Translations under genes and position numbers: made by a program
Assembly (NCBI RefSeq): GCF_009914755.1
Contig: NC_060934.1
Direction: 5' to 3' (one strand)
DNA length: 64,000 nt
DNA from: the human T2T-CHM13v2.0 reference genome, Homo sapiens
Notes under the pieces: generated by a model
What the model saw: only the letters and a program-made list of their open reading frames with translations
Told to the model about the DNA's origin: nothing
The model's database searches: none
In this document: piece by piece, positions 59,512-64,000 of the stretch
How the letters are laid out: each line of letters starts with the position of its first letter
How positions within the stretch are numbered: position 1 is the stretch's first letter

Positions 59512-59962
59512 CTGTGGTATTTCCCCAGTGAAGATACTAAAACAGAGATTCAAGGAAAATTACTTTCTGTATAGGGTATAAAAAAACCCCACTGGGGAAG
59601 CAGGGAAGTAACATAGGAACAAAGAGGCAGGCAGGAAAGACTAAGTCTCAGCAAGAGGCATCTAATCCCATGGAAACTTTAGGAAACAGTGTAAAAAGCA
59701 GCCCTCAGAATCCTCCTTTTTGAGGGAGGGTGTGTGGCCTGGAGTTTTATACAGCATTTCTCATGAGTCATTGACAGAGGGCTGCTCCCGTGGTCCTGGC
59801 TCCCTGGCACCTCTGGCCTCATGCGTGCTGACAGGAGGACTTGCAGTACTAGAGAAAATTCCTCAGATGCAAACATGCAGAGGCAGCAGTTAGACATCAG
59901 CCGGGGTACACTGGCTTGGCAGGGGCCGACGGATATGGGCGGGACACTGGCAACATCTGTGA
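59512..59962 (-). mobile_element. LTR16-like (ERVL) solo LTR
   Basis: ttccccagtgaagatactaaaacagagattcaagg...ggggaagcagggaag...ggatatgggcgggacactggcaacatctg. Confidence 0.6.
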
Positions 59963-60633
59963 TCCTGTGCAATCAATACTGCTGGTTGTTATTAGTAAAC
60001 AGCTAGCTATGAAAGGCCCAAGAGATTGTGGAATTGAGAGAGTGGAATCGGGCCACCTGTCCTCTGGCAGAAAACAGGTAATGAGTTCCATGTCCCTACT
60101 GAGGTGTCATGCTCCAGCTGAGAGCCCCAAGCAGCATATGGAACCATGAACTGCTAGCATTTTTGTATAGAAAAGATTCTCTGAACCCACTCATCAGCAG
60201 GATAAAAAGCATTGGGTTGTCTTCAGCCGTTGAGCTGGTAGGTTTTTGTCAACCCAGGCACTCTCTCTGACCTTGTATTGGGCGGGCTTGATTAATTGTG
60301 AACAAATGTTCACAGAGACGTCAAAGCAAAATGAAAGGGAAGAGAAAGCTAATGAGCCATAACAGATCCTGAAATAACCTGCAAATGAGTCTGATGCTCC
60401 TCTTTCCTTTAAATAATCATGGTTTGCAATGATCAGGAATTTCTGATTATCATTCAGATTCTTAAAAGTGTAGAGCTGCACCTTCTTTCTACTCACAGAA
60501 GCCTCCATGGTAGCCACCTTGGTTCAACTGGACAAATATTTTTTCAGTCACAGGTGACTATTAAACTGAGGAAGGAAATCCACTTGTCAGGGATGATTCT
60601 GAGTTTTGCTAAGCAGTGGTTTAGAATCTTAAC

Positions 60634-60645
60634 TTTGACGTCAAA
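60634..60645. promoter_or_regulatory. Full palindromic CRE
   Basis: TTTGACGTCAAA; function unproven. Confidence 0.3.
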
Positions 60646-60733
60646 TGGACACAGGTTTTAATTCCTTCTCCACCATTAACTGACTGACTTGCTGTGTAAT
60701 ATTGGGCAAATATCTCATGAACTCTCCAAATCA

Positions 60734-61066
<333 letters not shown>

Positions 61067-62030
61067 TCATCTGTAAAATGGGTCCAAGGATGATGGTGCC
61101 CAACTCAGAGGCTCATGAGGATTAAATGAAATGAAATGAGTTAAAAATTATTGCCTGAAATATAGGAAGAACTCAATAGAGTGAATGCTAGTGTTTACCT
61201 TGTTGTTGAAGTTGACATGGTGGTAGCTGCAGTTGCATTAATGGTAGTGTTAATAGTGCCGTTTCCTCCCACTGCTGGGTGCAATGGAAGGACTATGGAT
61301 TTCGGAGGGACACAATCCTCAATTCTAGTTCTATTGAATACAGCTGTGTGCATGTTTGGGTGTTTGTAAACGTTTTGTTTGGAAATACAAAACATCAAGA
61401 AGTATTTGGAACTGAATAATACAGAAAGGCTCCATAAATGTGAGTTTCCTTTCCCTTATCCTTCTTCATTACAGCTTATGTGTATCCAAAGAGGGGCTAT
61501 TCTTTGATCATATTTATAAAAGCTTTATGAAAAGTTATTTTGTAAATATCTGTTGATAATTCTAGCGTGAGAGAAAAATGTTAAACTTCATTTATTCTGT
61601 AAACCAATGGGCCATGTCACTGAGCCAGTATTTTAAATCTAGTTGTGGTTCACTCACAAAATAATTTTTCTCTTAGAGAATGTGACGGAACAAATGTGTG
61701 AGTCTGCAAAGTAAGCCATGACCTAAAGTTTAAACGGTTAATAGATTAAACAATCTCATCGTCATAAGAAGCAAAAGACAAGTAAATACACGTACATTGT
61801 TATTGCAGCAGAGGGTAAACTCAAAGTTTCAGGTCTAAAAACCATTAACAGAACGTGAAACGTGTTTTTCCAATCTGTAACTCCTTGGGTTGGAGAACAG
61901 CTTTTGACCTTACATCATCACTTCACAAAACAAAACACTGAACTGCTGGTGAGGAGCAGCTGGCAGAGGACAGTTGTTTTGTTCAGAATCCCAGAGGTGG
62001 ATCATGCTGGCTCTGGGAAGGGGAAGGCTT

Positions 62031-62043
62031 TAATGACTCATTA
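62031..62043. promoter_or_regulatory. AP-1 site with symmetric flanks
   Basis: TAATGACTCATTA; function unproven. Confidence 0.3.
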
Positions 62044-63104
62044 GATGATGGCAACTCGTATTCAGTTGTGTCTGGTATACTTTATAATTTTGAAGTGTCA
62101 TTTATATGCTGTGATAAAAGTAGTATTAGGATGTTATTAGAACTAATACTGTCATGGTAGAGGTTGCTACCAGTGTATAATTACAACTTCATGTTTTCTG
62201 AGTGATACATGATAAGAATATATATACATGTATAAGAATAAATGATATCACTTCTTATATATTATGTTCTTAGATATTCATGAGAATAAACCGTATCTTA
62301 TAATGTCATGGTAGAAGTTGCTACCATGTAACTTTTACAATGATAATGTAACAACAGTAACATATATTTTCAAATATATGGAATATTTCATTCCATAAAA
62401 TATTTTATTTTCTAAAAAAATGAATTGCCCATGTTTCCTGCTTTTATATGTGTTTTATCCTAAGCATTTGTTTTTATGTTATTTACATGCATTGTTTTAT
62501 ATCTTAGGATGAGATGTAAGATATTTAACCATTTAAAAAGCAATGATGCACTTAAGTGAGGAACAGTCAGGCTGATATGGCTCTAATCTCAGCCATTGCA
62601 TCTGCCAAACAATGTTGTGGCCTCTTTTCATGTATGTGTGTCCCATTTAGTCCTAACAATAAAATAGAAACTGTATATATATAATAATTTTTTTATATAT
62701 ATAGTCAATATATGAAAGCTACCTGACACTCTGAAAACCTAGAATTAAAATTGAGATTTTTCTCTATAACCAATGATCTTTCACCTGTACTAGGCAACTA
62801 AAGGGAATCATCACTTTTTCAAATGCTTTCGACAGATTTTTTTTTTTTTTCTTGGAGAATAAGTCTAGGTGACATTCACAATTAGGAGGATCATATAGCA
62901 CATGCTTGAATATTGTTTGTCTCCAACTAGTTATATATGTTAACATATAAAAATACGCACACAGAGCCTACATGACTCACCTCTGTAAAATGCAAACATG
63001 GAATCAAGGCAGCACATTTTTTATTTACTAATGATAAATACTTCCGGGTTTTGGCAAATCTCAAGTGCAAGACGTGACAGATGATACAACTGTGTATCTC
63101 TGGT

Positions 63105-63455
63105 TTACACCAGGAAGACCTGATGTACTGTGGGTTTGTATCTCCATGTGCCCTTCAAATTAAGTGTGGCTATGTGATTAGTTTTGTTCAAAAAGTGTGA
63201 GTGGAAATGATGTGTGTCACTTTGGGCAGGAGCATTTCCTTGTACACATCTGTCAGTCTTCTTTTCTGCTGTGGCTATCATGAATGCAATTGATGGTATG
63301 GAGAAGTTACGTGGAGTCATCACATAGAAGACTACTGCCCTGGCAGGCCTCCTTGGCATGTAGCAAACAGCATGTATAATAATTAACTAACAGGATTTCA
63401 AGGTCTAGATTTGGGAATTTGTTCTTAGTGCAGGATAACCCAGCCTATACTCACT
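63105..63455 (+). mobile_element. Ancient MaLR/ERVL LTR (MLT1H-J-like)
   Basis: cccttcaaattaagtgtggctatgtgattagttttg...tgtgagtggaaatgatgtgtgtcactt. Confidence 0.55.
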
Positions 63456-64000
63456 AATGAATATGGACATGAAACAGGCTGATCCATTTGTCCCAGAAGT
63501 AGCACTTTGAGTAGGCAGGCACAGCCTCAATGTTCAGGAATTGCAATCAGAAAAAAAAAGGTCAAGTTGCACAATTTTGAGATCACTTACATAGCTTTCC
63601 TCTTCAGGCAGTCCTCTGACTAGTAGAAATATGAAGGAATATAAACTCATGATTAGATTTTCTCATCTCTAAGTGGAAGGTCACACCTCATAATCCCATT
63701 ATCAAAAGAGAAGTACAAATAATGAGTGTCTCAGAAAACTCTAAACAGATGAAAGCTATTTTTCAATTACAATCTATTTTTTTACATCATGATAGTTAAA
63801 TAAAGCTTCCATCACATCCTTGAGATTTTAGAGTGAGTTTCTCCAAATATTCAAAGTCCCATTTCATTTTCAACTTACAAATAATATTTTCATAAGTAAA
63901 GAGAAGCTTCTGTATATTTGTTTGCCATATCAGATTAAAACAGTAGTTATTTTTGTTTTTACCCTATTGGGAAGTCTTGTTTGGAATATTCTGTCTGAAA

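Noticed and set aside
60297-60314. Glucocorticoid/androgen response element
   Set aside because: Half-site spacing is 2 bp rather than the required 3.
61195-61398. Thr-rich mucin-like ORF (GNGTINTTINATAATTMSTSTT)
   Set aside because: Low-complexity (GTT/GGT)n stretch between MIR remnants; no convincing acceptor.

Overview
Primate (almost certainly human) genomic DNA, AT-rich and dominated by interspersed repeats. It holds about 20 Alu copies (J, S and Y subfamilies), one near-full-length but inactivated L1PA4-like LINE-1 on the minus strand (~36.4-42.5 kb), many older L1/L2/MIR fragments, MaLR/ERVL solo LTRs (MST, MLT1, THE1, LTR16-like), DNA-transposon MITEs (MADE1, MER5A, MER1A, MER91-like) and microsatellites. 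There is no long intact protein-coding ORF: nearly all entries in the ORF track are Alu, L1 or microsatellite read-through. The best non-repeat signal is a minus-strand 57-nt exon at the left edge (73->17) with strong splice sites, ending in a Kozak-context ATG (ACA ATG GAA G|gtaagc), plus a 71-nt minus-strand exon (11659->11589). This suggests the window is the 5'-UTR introns/upstream region of a minus-strand gene that I cannot name. Several plus-strand exon-like segments (26.4, 28.7, 30.3 kb) hint at an antisense lncRNA, and a few motif clusters look like enhancers or promoters. I found no evidence for a genuinely new biological system. The findings are testable hypotheses about gene structure, regulation and retrotransposition scars. 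Repeat subfamily calls and boundaries are by eye and approximate.
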